Below, in pieces: positions 9,856 through 19,402 of a stretch of 64,000 nt of DNA (position 1 is the first letter of the stretch; each line of letters starts with the position of its first letter). A model generated the notes under the pieces. The model did no database searches. It was not told where the DNA came from and saw only the letters and a program-made list of their open reading frames with translations. The stretch covers positions 114,798 to 178,797 of the forward strand of contig JBBAUX010000002.1 of the NCBI GenBank assembly GCA_040398005.1, given 5' to 3'. The DNA comes from Opitutales bacterium. Lineage in GTDB: Bacteria > Verrucomicrobiota > Verrucomicrobiia > Opitutales > UBA953. The position numbers and the translations under genes are program-made.

Positions 9856-10641
9856 TTAAGCGGAGGGTGGAGTGCTGGAGGCATTCCAATCAGGCTTAGC
9901 GGCGTAGATTTCGTCATCACCGATGGCGCGACCTTGGACTTCGTCGTAAGGGAAGGAACGGAATAATCCAGTGACGATTTCTTGAACGTCATGAATTCCT
10001 TTTTGAATACGATTACGTAAGAGGTAGTAGCAAATGAACGCAGGGATTGCGATGAAGAGACCCGAAGCGGTTGCCACGAGAACTTCGCCGATCGCACCAG
10101 CGAGCTGTGAAGGGTCGCCTACGCCTGATGAACCAAGCTTATCAAACGCCTTCATCATACCAGTCACGGTGCCGGTGAGACCAATCATCGGAGTACAGAC
10201 TCCAATCACTGAGAGGTAAGATGCACGGCCCATGAGGTCGCCCTGGATGCGAGAAACTTCAGAGATGATCGCTTCTTCAGTCATGACTTTGCCGTCGGGT
10301 GCGAGAGCCACACCAGCGCGAACGACTTCGGCGACGGGTGAGCCTGCGCTTTTAGCGAAGTTGTAGGCACCGACGTAATCACCACGCTTGAAGAGCTCGC
10401 GTAATTGGGTGACGTGGCTGGCCGGATAAAGTTTTTGTGCGCTGGTGCGGATGGTACCATCAACGATGAACCAGATCATGGCGACCGAGCATAGAGTGAT
10501 CGGGTACATGACCCAGCCACCTTCAACGAAGAGGTGCATCATGGTTTTTTCTTTAACGCCGGCAGCTTCTTGAGCGCAGGCAAGGATGGTCATCATTCCG
10601 AGGAAGGCCATCGTGAGGAGGGGGAGGCGGATTGTCTTCAT
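9856..10641 (-). CDS. MotA/TolQ/ExbB proton channel protein
   Basis: GGWVMYPI, PMIGLTGTVTGM, IGEVLVATASGL; N-terminal signal-like segment; start set at MKTIRL. Confidence 0.93.
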   Translation of the reverse strand: MKTIRLPLLTMAFLGMMTILACAQEAAGVKEKTMMHLFVEGGWVMYPITLCSVAMIWFIVDGTIRTSAQKLYPASHVTQLRELFKRGDYVGAYNFAKSAGSPVAEVVRAGVALAPDGKVMTEEAIISEVSRIQGDLMGRASYLSVIGVCTPMIGLTGTVTGMMKAFDKLGSSGVGDPSQLAGAIGEVLVATASGLFIAIPAFICYYLLRNRIQKGIHDVQEIVTGLFRSFPYDEVQGRAIGDDEIYAAKPDWNASSTPPSA

Positions 10642-10697
10642 GGTAAATAAGGGGTGTTGGATTTGATTTAGGTTGAGATTAAAAAGGGGGCAAGGGT

Positions 10698-11714
10698 TCA
10701 CTTGCTCATTTCCTGAGGTTTTTCCTCTGCTGCGTCCGTAGTGGGTTTTACAGGGGCTTCGGGGATGAATTCGGCATCCTTAATCTTACCGGCATCGGCT
10801 TCAGCTTCGAGGCGTTCCTCTTTAGGCAGAAGTTTTTTGGCTTCTTCGGCTTCTTTGGAAAGAGGGTAGTTGGTGATGAGGTTACGGAGGTAGCGATTGG
10901 AAACTTCTTCGAGCTTTTGCTCCTTGGTGGTTGGACCATCCATGCCGCGGAAGGCTTTGGCGGCGCCTAAAAGTGCTTTGGGGATTTGTTCGACTTGGGA
11001 ACCGTAGAAAACAGGAACACGTAAAAAGGTGTTCATCGCATTTTCATATTTTTTAGTTACGAGCAGGGAACTTCCTTTGAGAATATGTAAGCGAGCGAGA
11101 ATTTCTACGTCGTCGATATTCTTAATGAGCTCAGTGGATTCGGTAATGACTTTTTCGTAGTCAGCCTTGCGGTAGCTTTGAACGAGTCGGGCTAATTTAA
11201 TTTTGGTGCTGAGTTCAGGCTGGGTACCATCATCGGCGCGTTCGAGGTTTTCTAAGAAACTCGAAATCGCGGCATCGTTCTCGAGTCGATCCAACGCATC
11301 TAATTTAATCATCGATGCTTTTAACCACCAGGAACCTGGAACTTTTTTTAGTGGTTCGAAGAATTTAATCACGGGCTCAATTTCATCGAGAGCCAGGTTG
11401 GGTTCGCCGCGGCTGACATAGATTTGGGCTTGAGCAATTTTTTCGGGTTGGGCCCAGACGATGCCTTCCACTTCACTGATTTTTTTGGTTAAAACCATGT
11501 CGACGTCACCTTGGCGACTGGTGCGTTCAATCGTTCCCTTGGTCGTACTGATAATCGCCTTCTTCGGATCAACGAGAGGTTTGGGTGGTAGAGACTTGTC
11601 CATTTTGAATGGATCATTCACATCCCAGCGTTCGTTATTTTTGAAGAAGAGGGTTTGGGCTTCGCTGACCAGTGGGGCGAAGAGCATGAAGAGAAATAGA
11701 TAAGCAGCTCGCAT
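10698..11714 (-). CDS. Secreted TPR-like helical repeat protein
   Basis: Sec signal (…SEA/Q), helical repeats ending ITNYPLSKEAEEAK like CpoB/BamD-type TPRs. Confidence 0.7.
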   Translation of the reverse strand: MRAAYLFLFMLFAPLVSEAQTLFFKNNERWDVNDPFKMDKSLPPKPLVDPKKAIISTTKGTIERTSRQGDVDMVLTKKISEVEGIVWAQPEKIAQAQIYVSRGEPNLALDEIEPVIKFFEPLKKVPGSWWLKASMIKLDALDRLENDAAISSFLENLERADDGTQPELSTKIKLARLVQSYRKADYEKVITESTELIKNIDDVEILARLHILKGSSLLVTKKYENAMNTFLRVPVFYGSQVEQIPKALLGAAKAFRGMDGPTTKEQKLEEVSNRYLRNLITNYPLSKEAEEAKKLLPKEERLEAEADAGKIKDAEFIPEAPVKPTTDAAEEKPQEMSK

Positions 11715-11718
11715 GGTC

Positions 11719-14700
11719 TTAGAGTGATAGCATTAAGATTTTAGCTTCTTTGGCCTCCGGAGTGTCCTTGATGCGGTCCTTGGAGAGCATTTCCGCGAGG
11801 AGCAATTTAGCTTCAGGTTTTTGACCTAATTTTCCGGCTAAAATTTTGGCCGTACCGAGATAGGATTTGGCTGACCAGAATTCATACTTCTTCCAGGTTT
11901 GGTAACAGCGGCGATAGAAAGCGACCGCTTCGGCAGAGTTGCCTTGGCGCTCTTCCATGAGTCCAATCCAGTAAAGACAGCCCGCGGTAGTCTCACCTTT
12001 CCACTCCTTGGTCTTAACAATCTCTTCAAAGCCTTTACGCGCTTCTTCGTAGCGTCCTAATTCTGCTAAAGCACGAGCGTGAGCAAATTTGATATCCTTT
12101 TCTTTGGACATCACGATGTTGTTGTCCGTGGCCTCATTACAGAGGTCGAGTGCTTCTTTAAATTTACCTTGGTTGAGGCGAACTTCTGCCATGCCTGCAA
12201 AACCGAAGTCAGCATACTCCGATGAACGATGGTGCTCGAGCAGGTATTGATAAAGCCCTTCGGCGGCTGGATAATTTCTTTTCGCCACGAGATGATCTCC
12301 CACTACACCGAGGAGGGTGGAGCTGAGTTCTTCGGCTTTATAGTTATTGGAAATCTTGCGGAAGTAGAGGTCGGTCTTTTCCGGATTGCGTAAGAAGGTT
12401 GAGAGCTGGGCGAGGGCGAAATAGCCGCGCGCTTGGGCGATTAAGGAGTCTTTGTTTTGCTCGAGTTTAAGTAACTGAGACATTTCCTGTTCAGCTTTCT
12501 CAGCGGTATAGGCCTTAGGGTCGAGAGCGATACCCGGCTTGACACGTTTTACCTTACGCGAGATTTTTTCAGCTAAGAAAATAATCAACTTCTCGGAGCC
12601 TTCTTGTTTACGGTCATTGATGGATTCGGCGACGGACTTTGAAAGCATCGCGAGCGCTTCAGTTTTTGCGGCCTGGATGCTGACTTGTCGGTCCTTCTCG
12701 ATTTGATCCAGTTCCGCGGCGAGCACGTCGGAGAGTTTAGCCACTTCAGCCTTAGCAGCAGCTAATACGCCCGGGGTGGTGCTATCTGCTTTGGTTAAAT
12801 CATCTACCTTCCGACGGGCCACTGCTAAGAGTGCACTGTATTTCTTCTGGGTGGCTTCGGTGCGTTGCGAGAATTCTGGCTTATCGCCCATGCGCTCAGT
12901 CGCTTTAATGATCTCGTAGAGGTACGACATCGCCTTGGGGCTATTGTGGTCCCAATCGTAGATTTCTTGATAAAGGTTTTTAAGTTTTTGATGTTCGCCG
13001 CGACCCGAGAGAAGTTTGTTGAGTTGTTGCACGACAAATTCCAAAGCACTGGCATTATTTTTACTCGATTTCGTAGCAGCAATGTAAGCCTCGATAGATT
13101 TTACGATATGGACTTCTTTTTCTTTTTCGAGGCGTTGTTTTTCTAAAGTATATTTCTTTTTAGCCGCAGGCTCCCCGTTGGTTTTGATATTATTATCCGC
13201 CGTGCGAATCATATTATCGAGGTCAGTGCCGAGGCGGGTTTCACAGTCACCGATGAGGGTGTGTATTTCGGGAACTTGATTTTGTACTTCGAAGACGCTG
13301 CTCGTGCTATAGTCCTTCAACCAATCTTGGCAGATTTTTTGACACTCCGTAATTTCGGGTGGATTCAGTCCGTACTTGATAATCGCTTGGCGGTAGCGGA
13401 CGTCGGGTAAGAAAGCGCCCTTCGGATATTGTTTCTGGTAGTCATCAAACCCTTGTTTGGTCTCTTTGTATTTACCTTGGTAGAACCAGCAAAGGGCTCG
13501 CATGTAGGTGACTTGTTCCTTGCCGAGTGACTTCGGATACTTACGGGCAAACTCATCGAGGGCAACGCGTGCCTTCTCCCAGTCGACTTGTGCAAAATGC
13601 GATGAAGCGATGCGGAAATCAAGTTCCTCCATCGTGAAAGGATCCATCTTCTTAACATTCTGCTTCGCCCACTTGTAATGTTCGATGGCTTCAGGATATT
13701 CTTCGCGGTCTTGAGAAATGGATCCAAGAATCACGGCAACTTCGGAAACTTGTTCGGCCTCAGGGAATTTTTGTAAGAACTCTTTGCACTTAGCTTGGGC
13801 TTCGGTGTTTCGTCCAATTTCACGAAGGGCTAAAATGTAATAATAATAAGCCCCAGTTACTTTGGTGAAGTTAGGAGAGTTATCAAAAATATCACGGAAG
13901 CCCACGAACGCCTCCCAAGGTAATTTTAATTCTAATAAACAAAGTCCGATACGATAGGCGATGAGTGCGTCGTAATCTTTATTCTTTGAAAATTCGCTTT
14001 CGATTTTCTGGAACTGGGCGAGTTCAGCTTTTACAATGTCAATTTTTGCTTTGGTTTCATCACTCACGGTGCCAGTTACCCGCAGCAGGTTATCCAGTTC
14101 GTTTTGTTTTTGCTCCAGCGCCTTAGTAATCGAGCGAGTAATATTATTTCGACGTAGGACGCCTTGATAGCTCGCTAGGGCCTGACGATACAGCTCGAGT
14201 TTAGTTTTTTCGTCGGTGCTGGCTTCGGCACTCGCGAAACGGGCATCACCGATTTCAATCCGTTGGAAGTTGGCTCTAACAATTTCGGCGGGTGAACCTG
14301 ATCCTTTGGAATCAATCTCGGCTTTTAATTGTTCAGCTTCTTTAACGAGGCCGAGTTTGGTGTAAACTTCGACGAGTTGGTTACCGGCCTCGCGTGCTTC
14401 AGGTGTGCCTAATCCGCCGGCGATGGCTTTTTTAAGAAGTTCTAAAGCTTGGCCGTAAGCTTTTCTCTTTTCCGCATCGGTGCCACTCTTGGCTTGTTCG
14501 ATGATGACACGACCCGAGAGAGCGTAGGCACTCACCCGGTCTTGGGGCTGCACGAGCGGGCTGGTGCGTAGTTCACTTAAAAGTTTTAAGGCCTCTTCCC
14601 ACTTGGACTGCCCGCCGTAGACTTCAACTAAGGTTAAACGAACAACGCCGATTTTATTATCATTAATATCAAAAAAATCTTCCGTGCCCTTAGGGAACTT

Positions 14701-15039
14701 AGTTAAAAATAAATTGATGGCGCCTTCGGCCTTCGCCCAATCTTTTTTGAGGTAGTAACAGGAGGCACGTTTGAACTGCACGACCGCCGCTAATTTGGTT
14801 TCCAGTTTGGGTGCCTTCTTTTCAAGCTCCTCTAAATTTTTCAGAGCCTCATCATACTTTTTCTGATCCATCGCCAATATGGCTTTGTTAAAAAGAATAG
14901 TGAGGGGGTCTTCTGCTGGTTTCGTCGCTACCGCTTTATTTTGAGCCAGGCAAAGCGTGGAGCCAAGGTTTCCGGTGAATAAGGCAACGAGGGTCGCAAT
15001 TACTAAAAATCGAAAGGATCGTGGAGCGAATAAAGCCAT
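11719..15039 (-). CDS. Large secreted TPR-repeat protein (1106 aa)
   Basis: Signal peptide; many TPR units with F/Y..KF/YP.. turns (FLTKFPKG, FLQKFPEA, FARKYPKS, YQKQYPKG). Confidence 0.8.
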   Translation of the reverse strand: MALFAPRSFRFLVIATLVALFTGNLGSTLCLAQNKAVATKPAEDPLTILFNKAILAMDQKKYDEALKNLEELEKKAPKLETKLAAVVQFKRASCYYLKKDWAKAEGAINLFLTKFPKGTEDFFDINDNKIGVVRLTLVEVYGGQSKWEEALKLLSELRTSPLVQPQDRVSAYALSGRVIIEQAKSGTDAEKRKAYGQALELLKKAIAGGLGTPEAREAGNQLVEVYTKLGLVKEAEQLKAEIDSKGSGSPAEIVRANFQRIEIGDARFASAEASTDEKTKLELYRQALASYQGVLRRNNITRSITKALEQKQNELDNLLRVTGTVSDETKAKIDIVKAELAQFQKIESEFSKNKDYDALIAYRIGLCLLELKLPWEAFVGFRDIFDNSPNFTKVTGAYYYYILALREIGRNTEAQAKCKEFLQKFPEAEQVSEVAVILGSISQDREEYPEAIEHYKWAKQNVKKMDPFTMEELDFRIASSHFAQVDWEKARVALDEFARKYPKSLGKEQVTYMRALCWFYQGKYKETKQGFDDYQKQYPKGAFLPDVRYRQAIIKYGLNPPEITECQKICQDWLKDYSTSSVFEVQNQVPEIHTLIGDCETRLGTDLDNMIRTADNNIKTNGEPAAKKKYTLEKQRLEKEKEVHIVKSIEAYIAATKSSKNNASALEFVVQQLNKLLSGRGEHQKLKNLYQEIYDWDHNSPKAMSYLYEIIKATERMGDKPEFSQRTEATQKKYSALLAVARRKVDDLTKADSTTPGVLAAAKAEVAKLSDVLAAELDQIEKDRQVSIQAAKTEALAMLSKSVAESINDRKQEGSEKLIIFLAEKISRKVKRVKPGIALDPKAYTAEKAEQEMSQLLKLEQNKDSLIAQARGYFALAQLSTFLRNPEKTDLYFRKISNNYKAEELSSTLLGVVGDHLVAKRNYPAAEGLYQYLLEHHRSSEYADFGFAGMAEVRLNQGKFKEALDLCNEATDNNIVMSKEKDIKFAHARALAELGRYEEARKGFEEIVKTKEWKGETTAGCLYWIGLMEERQGNSAEAVAFYRRCYQTWKKYEFWSAKSYLGTAKILAGKLGQKPEAKLLLAEMLSKDRIKDTPEAKEAKILMLSL

Positions 15040-15171
15040 CGGGGTGAGGAGTTGGGGAACTCTCGGAAGTAGGCTGTAAAAGTGCCTTTACGGGGGAATT
15101 TTGCCAAGTCTTAACAGGGCCCCCATACCTAAACTTATCCGCAGTGATAAATGAGTATTAACCCTAAAATA

Positions 15172-16110
15172 TTACTTAGCGGGTCGTATCGCCGTGCCTA
15201 AAATTGTCTCAAAGCCAGGCTCTTGTGACTCTTTGGTGACAATTCTCACTTCGGTCTTAACAAACCCAGATTCTTCGAGCCAATCATGCAGGTCGTTCTC
15301 ATTAAAACCCAACCAACGGTCGGCGTAGAGTTCGCGTGCTTTTTCGAACTTATGGGCACGTAAATCTAAAATCAGTAAGCGGCCACCTGGTTTAAGAATA
15401 CGATAGGCTTCAGTCAAAGCCTTTTTTGGATTTTCGGCGTGGTGTAAGGCTTGGCTGAGCAGGGCAAGATCCACGCTCTTATCCGGCAGGGGGACTTTTT
15501 CGATATCTCCTAAAACATATTCTAGATTTTTGATCTGTTCTTTTTTGGCTAAGCTGCGACCCAATTCCACCATGCGAGATGAGTTATCGATACAGTAAAC
15601 AAATTCTGCTTGGCGGGCGAGTAATCGGGAGAGCGTACCATCGCCCGCACCGAGGTCGGCGATTTTAACTTTCGGGGTTAATAAAAATAACATCTGTCCA
15701 ATCGATTCCCAGGAGCGACCGGGACAATAGTTTTTACCGAGGCGTTCCGCGACGAGGTTGAAATGTTGTTCCGTTTTGCGACGGCGTTTTTCCGCGAGGC
15801 GCTTGAGGGCTCGTTGATCGGCTTGGATCTGTGATTCTTGGGCGGTGGCTTGCTGAGTCGCTTCAATCATTTTTTGCACACCGCTCGGTAAATTATCGGC
15901 TAAAACGTAAAAGGAATTTTTTCCATCGCGACGGTCATGGGCCAGTCCGGATTTTTTTAACAGTGCGAGGTGCGTAGAAATGCGTGATTGGCGCATGCCG
16001 AGTATCTCTTGAAGTTCGCCTACGGAAAGTTCGCCACGGCTGATGAGGAAAAGAATCCGTGCCCGGGTGGGATCGGAAAGAAGGCGGATGGACTCCCAAG
16101 GGTCGGGCAT
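15172..16110 (-). CDS. ArsR-HTH / SAM-methyltransferase-domain regulator (SahR/SamR-like)
   Basis: LSDPTRARIL..ELSVGEL..Q SRISTHL HTH fused to ADLGAGDG class I MTase domain, LKPGG. Confidence 0.88.
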   Translation of the reverse strand: MPDPWESIRLLSDPTRARILFLISRGELSVGELQEILGMRQSRISTHLALLKKSGLAHDRRDGKNSFYVLADNLPSGVQKMIEATQQATAQESQIQADQRALKRLAEKRRRKTEQHFNLVAERLGKNYCPGRSWESIGQMLFLLTPKVKIADLGAGDGTLSRLLARQAEFVYCIDNSSRMVELGRSLAKKEQIKNLEYVLGDIEKVPLPDKSVDLALLSQALHHAENPKKALTEAYRILKPGGRLLILDLRAHKFEKARELYADRWLGFNENDLHDWLEESGFVKTEVRIVTKESQEPGFETILGTAIRPAK

Positions 16111-16116
16111 GTGGTG

Positions 16117-16145
16117 AGATTGCAGTAGGTTTGTGGCTGTGTCAA
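16117..16145 (-). promoter_or_regulatory. Putative sigma70 promoter of the ArsR-MTase gene (leaderless)
   Basis: TTGACA-17 nt-CAATCT, then 6 nt to ATG; no Shine-Dalgarno. Confidence 0.55.
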
Positions 16146-16174
16146 AAGAGGAAGCCCTAGAAAACTAGGGCTTC
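16144..16174 (-). terminator. Rho-independent terminator after greA-like gene
   Basis: 10-bp stem GAAGCCCTAG/CTAGGGCTTC, 4-nt loop, followed by CTCTTTT on minus strand. Confidence 0.7.
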
Positions 16175-16200
16175 GTCGCGTCCAAAGAATAAACTTCGGC

Positions 16201-18168
16201 CTATTTTTTGTCGGCCCAGCGATTAATCGAAAGAACCTTCCACTTTTCAGTGCGGCCCTTGATGTTCGTGCTGAACTCTTCGCCCACTTTCTTGTTCAAG
16301 AACTGACGAGCTAAAGGAGTGATATAGGCCAGAATGTTACGCTCGGGTTCGCCATCCCAAGCACCCAGAATGGTGTAGGTGATTTCAGTCTTATCAGACT
16401 CGCGATGTAATTTAACATTGGTGCCGATCGAAACCTTGTCCGTCTTGGCGGTAGCGAAATCAAACACTTCAGCCTTCTTGAGCATCGCCTCTAATTCAGC
16501 GCGACGTCCCGTTAAGGTGTCGTGATCTTGGCGGGCCATCTTGTATTCAGAGTTTTCACGCAAGTCGCCGTGCTCTTTCGCGATTTGAATGGCTTCTTTC
16601 GTGGCGGGAAGTTTGACCTGAACGATATCGGTAAGCTCGGCCTCGCGGGCTAACTTACTTTCTTGGGAAACCTTGAGAGTGCTTTCTTCGGTGGTGTTTT
16701 CGTCTTGTTGGCTCTTCCAGATCTGTTCGACGCTTGGCTCGATATGGTGGAAGCGGGCCTTAAGTTTGCTCTTGGTGGTCTCGTCGAAACCTTGATTACG
16801 TAACATGATACGCACGAGGTCGAAGATGGTTTCGATATCTACTTTATTGCCATGGGGCATCAAGATATCGGACAGAATATTTTTGTCGTTGATTAACTCG
16901 GTGACGAGAGGAATACGCGCCGTTGAATTAGACTCGAGCGCTTCGATGTCGATGCTGCTTAAGATGGCACCGAGCAGGTTGGGATTAACCAAGGGGGCAA
17001 CAATCTCTGCATATTTTTTGGACTCACGATTTTTGATGATCCAGATAATGACAGGAGGGCGGAGATCGCGTGAATCGAGCCATTCGCTGAAACGTTTAGC
17101 AACTTTGTCGGCGAGTTCCGCGTCACAGAGATAAGAGATGCATTCGGAAACTAATTTAGCAGAACCGGTTTTGGTTCCACCGATATCGCGATTGCGGAGT
17201 AAATCGAAAGCGCGATCCGCCCAGCGTTCGCCACTGTGTGCACGAATTAAATCGAGTAACGCCCGGATTTTTTCGCTGGTGTGAGGGATGTGTAAGGCGA
17301 TGGTGGCGAGGTCGGAGTCGCTGCTTTCAGCAATGATTTCCGAAGCCGTTGGGCTTTGGGTGTCGACGGTTTCAACCGCAGTGCGGAAGAACTTATCGCG
17401 ATCCCAAATTGCGCATAAAATCTTAGGTAAATGGGTGCTTCGACGTGAACCGGTGAGACCTTTGAGGGCCTTGCTGAGGTCGCTAGAAACCTTTGCTAAA
17501 TTAGCTTCATTCGCCGCCGAACGTGTTTCGTTGGTCGGGCTGTCAGCGAGTTCTTCGAGGATAGCAATTTTGCGTTCGAAGATAGGGGACATTTCGTACT
17601 GAGCGAAAAGATCTTCACCCACGTCCTTCGGAGCTTCGAGTAAAGCGTAGGCTCCACCTTTACGTTCGGGAATTAAAATAGCGCGATCTTTGCGAATGGC
17701 GGCGCGACCTTTCGTCCACCAATTTTTGAATGCCGTTGTGCGATCTTTACCAGCGGCCAAAGAGGCGAAATAGATGCGATCCAATTGTGCTTCGAGAGCG
17801 TAGGAAGAGCATTCGCCGGTCGGGTATTCAGCTAAGATGCTTTTGATTAGAGTCGGTACATCGTCGGCGACCAATTTCGCAATTTTTTCTTTGGCGCCGT
17901 CTGCGTAGGATTGGGAGAGGATGCTCTCGGGATTTAAAATTTCAATTTTACCGTTGGAGAAAAAGGCCACGTCGATGACGTGTCCTTTTTTGGACTGCTC
18001 AGGGAAGTCGATGGTGAAGCGCTTCGTCGCTTCGTCGTAAGAACGAATGATTCCGATGCCCCAAGCTTGGTGTAAACAAAAACCGTTTTTACCAGCCGTG
18101 ACCAGGCTGATGGTTTCTGGGATGAGGTGGTTTTTGCCACCGTGTGGGTTGAGGGCCTTGTTACTCAT
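16201..18168 (-). CDS. greA: GreA/GreB transcript cleavage factor with long N-terminal extension
   Basis: C-terminal AKEHGDLRENSEYK, YTILG, ITPLA; about 500 aa of extra N-terminal sequence; start set at MSNKAL. Confidence 0.85.
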   Translation of the reverse strand: MSNKALNPHGGKNHLIPETISLVTAGKNGFCLHQAWGIGIIRSYDEATKRFTIDFPEQSKKGHVIDVAFFSNGKIEILNPESILSQSYADGAKEKIAKLVADDVPTLIKSILAEYPTGECSSYALEAQLDRIYFASLAAGKDRTTAFKNWWTKGRAAIRKDRAILIPERKGGAYALLEAPKDVGEDLFAQYEMSPIFERKIAILEELADSPTNETRSAANEANLAKVSSDLSKALKGLTGSRRSTHLPKILCAIWDRDKFFRTAVETVDTQSPTASEIIAESSDSDLATIALHIPHTSEKIRALLDLIRAHSGERWADRAFDLLRNRDIGGTKTGSAKLVSECISYLCDAELADKVAKRFSEWLDSRDLRPPVIIWIIKNRESKKYAEIVAPLVNPNLLGAILSSIDIEALESNSTARIPLVTELINDKNILSDILMPHGNKVDIETIFDLVRIMLRNQGFDETTKSKLKARFHHIEPSVEQIWKSQQDENTTEESTLKVSQESKLAREAELTDIVQVKLPATKEAIQIAKEHGDLRENSEYKMARQDHDTLTGRRAELEAMLKKAEVFDFATAKTDKVSIGTNVKLHRESDKTEITYTILGAWDGEPERNILAYITPLARQFLNKKVGEEFSTNIKGRTEKWKVLSINRWADKK

Positions 18169-18268
18169 TGCAAATTGTGGTTTTGAGGGTAACAAAACTT
18201 ACTTGCAAGCCGGAAGGAAGGCCCATCGTCTTTGCCACCTAAATAAGTGCAACTCGTCCTAATCAACC

Positions 18269-19402
18269 ATGGCCTTTAAGCCTCTAAAACCCTCCATCCA
18301 TGGCGAAACCCCCGACTCCTTGGGGCTTAAGCTCGCTGACGCCGGTCACCCCAAATACCGGGCTGGGCAGATTTTTGAGTGGATTTATCCCCGCCGTGCC
18401 GAATCTGCCGAGATAATGACTAATTTACCGGCCAATTTGCGGGTTTGGCTGGGCGAAAATTATGATTTTACCTCAACCGAGGTGCTTGGACACAAAACGT
18501 CCCAAGACGTGACCCAGAAACTTTTACAAAAACTCCGCGATGGATCTTTAATCGAGACCGTCATCATTCGTGCCCCCATGGAAGGAGTCGGCCAGGATAA
18601 ATCGCGGCGCACCATTTGTATCTCTACTCAAGTGGGCTGCGCCTACGGTTGTAAATTCTGTGCTTCAGGTCTCGATGGCTGGAAGCGTGACTTGAGTGTT
18701 GGCGAAATTGTTTCGCAACTGGTGCAAGTTTGCCGGATTGAAGATCAGGCCGATCCCGCTCGTGCCGCCGAAGGTTTAGCTTCGTTCGATAATATTGTGG
18801 TCATGGGCATGGGGGAACCTTTGGCCAATTACGACAATTTGATGGCGGCCTTAAAAATTGTAAACGCCCAGTGGGGCTTTGGTTTTGGCGCACGCCGCGT
18901 GACGATTTCGACCTCAGGAGTCGTTCCCAAGATTTTAAAATTAGCGGAAGAAACTTTAGGATTTCGTTTAGCGATTAGTTTACACGGCGCGACCAATGAA
19001 GTGCGGGAAAAAATCATGCCCATAAATAAAAAGTACCCGCTGGAAGAATTAATTCCCGCCGCTAAAACTTTTGCCCGTGAACACGGCCGCATGTTAACGT
19101 TAGAATTTATTCTTATCGAAGAGATTAATGACTCACTCGAACAGGCCCAAAAATTAGCGGTGATTGCCCGAGAATTACACGCCCACGTTAATTTAATTCC
19201 TTACAATACGGTGGAGGGACTGGATTGGCGCCGACCTTCCATCACCCGCCAGGATCGCTTCGTTAAAGAACTGCGTGCCCTGGGCGTGACCGCGACTTTA
19301 CGTCGAGAAAAAGGGCATGATATCAATGCGGCCTGTGGTCAGTTAAGACTGCAGAAAGAGAAAAGCTTGGGCGCGGATTCGATGCCCACCGCAGAAGTTT
19401 AA
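18269..19402 (+). CDS. rlmN: 23S rRNA/tRNA m2A methyltransferase
   Basis: CISTQVGCAYGCKFCAS radical SAM motif, MGMGEP, ISLH, AACGQL. Confidence 0.96.
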   Translation: MAFKPLKPSIHGETPDSLGLKLADAGHPKYRAGQIFEWIYPRRAESAEIMTNLPANLRVWLGENYDFTSTEVLGHKTSQDVTQKLLQKLRDGSLIETVIIRAPMEGVGQDKSRRTICISTQVGCAYGCKFCASGLDGWKRDLSVGEIVSQLVQVCRIEDQADPARAAEGLASFDNIVVMGMGEPLANYDNLMAALKIVNAQWGFGFGARRVTISTSGVVPKILKLAEETLGFRLAISLHGATNEVREKIMPINKKYPLEELIPAAKTFAREHGRMLTLEFILIEEINDSLEQAQKLAVIARELHAHVNLIPYNTVEGLDWRRPSITRQDRFVKELRALGVTATLRREKGHDINAACGQLRLQKEKSLGADSMPTAEV

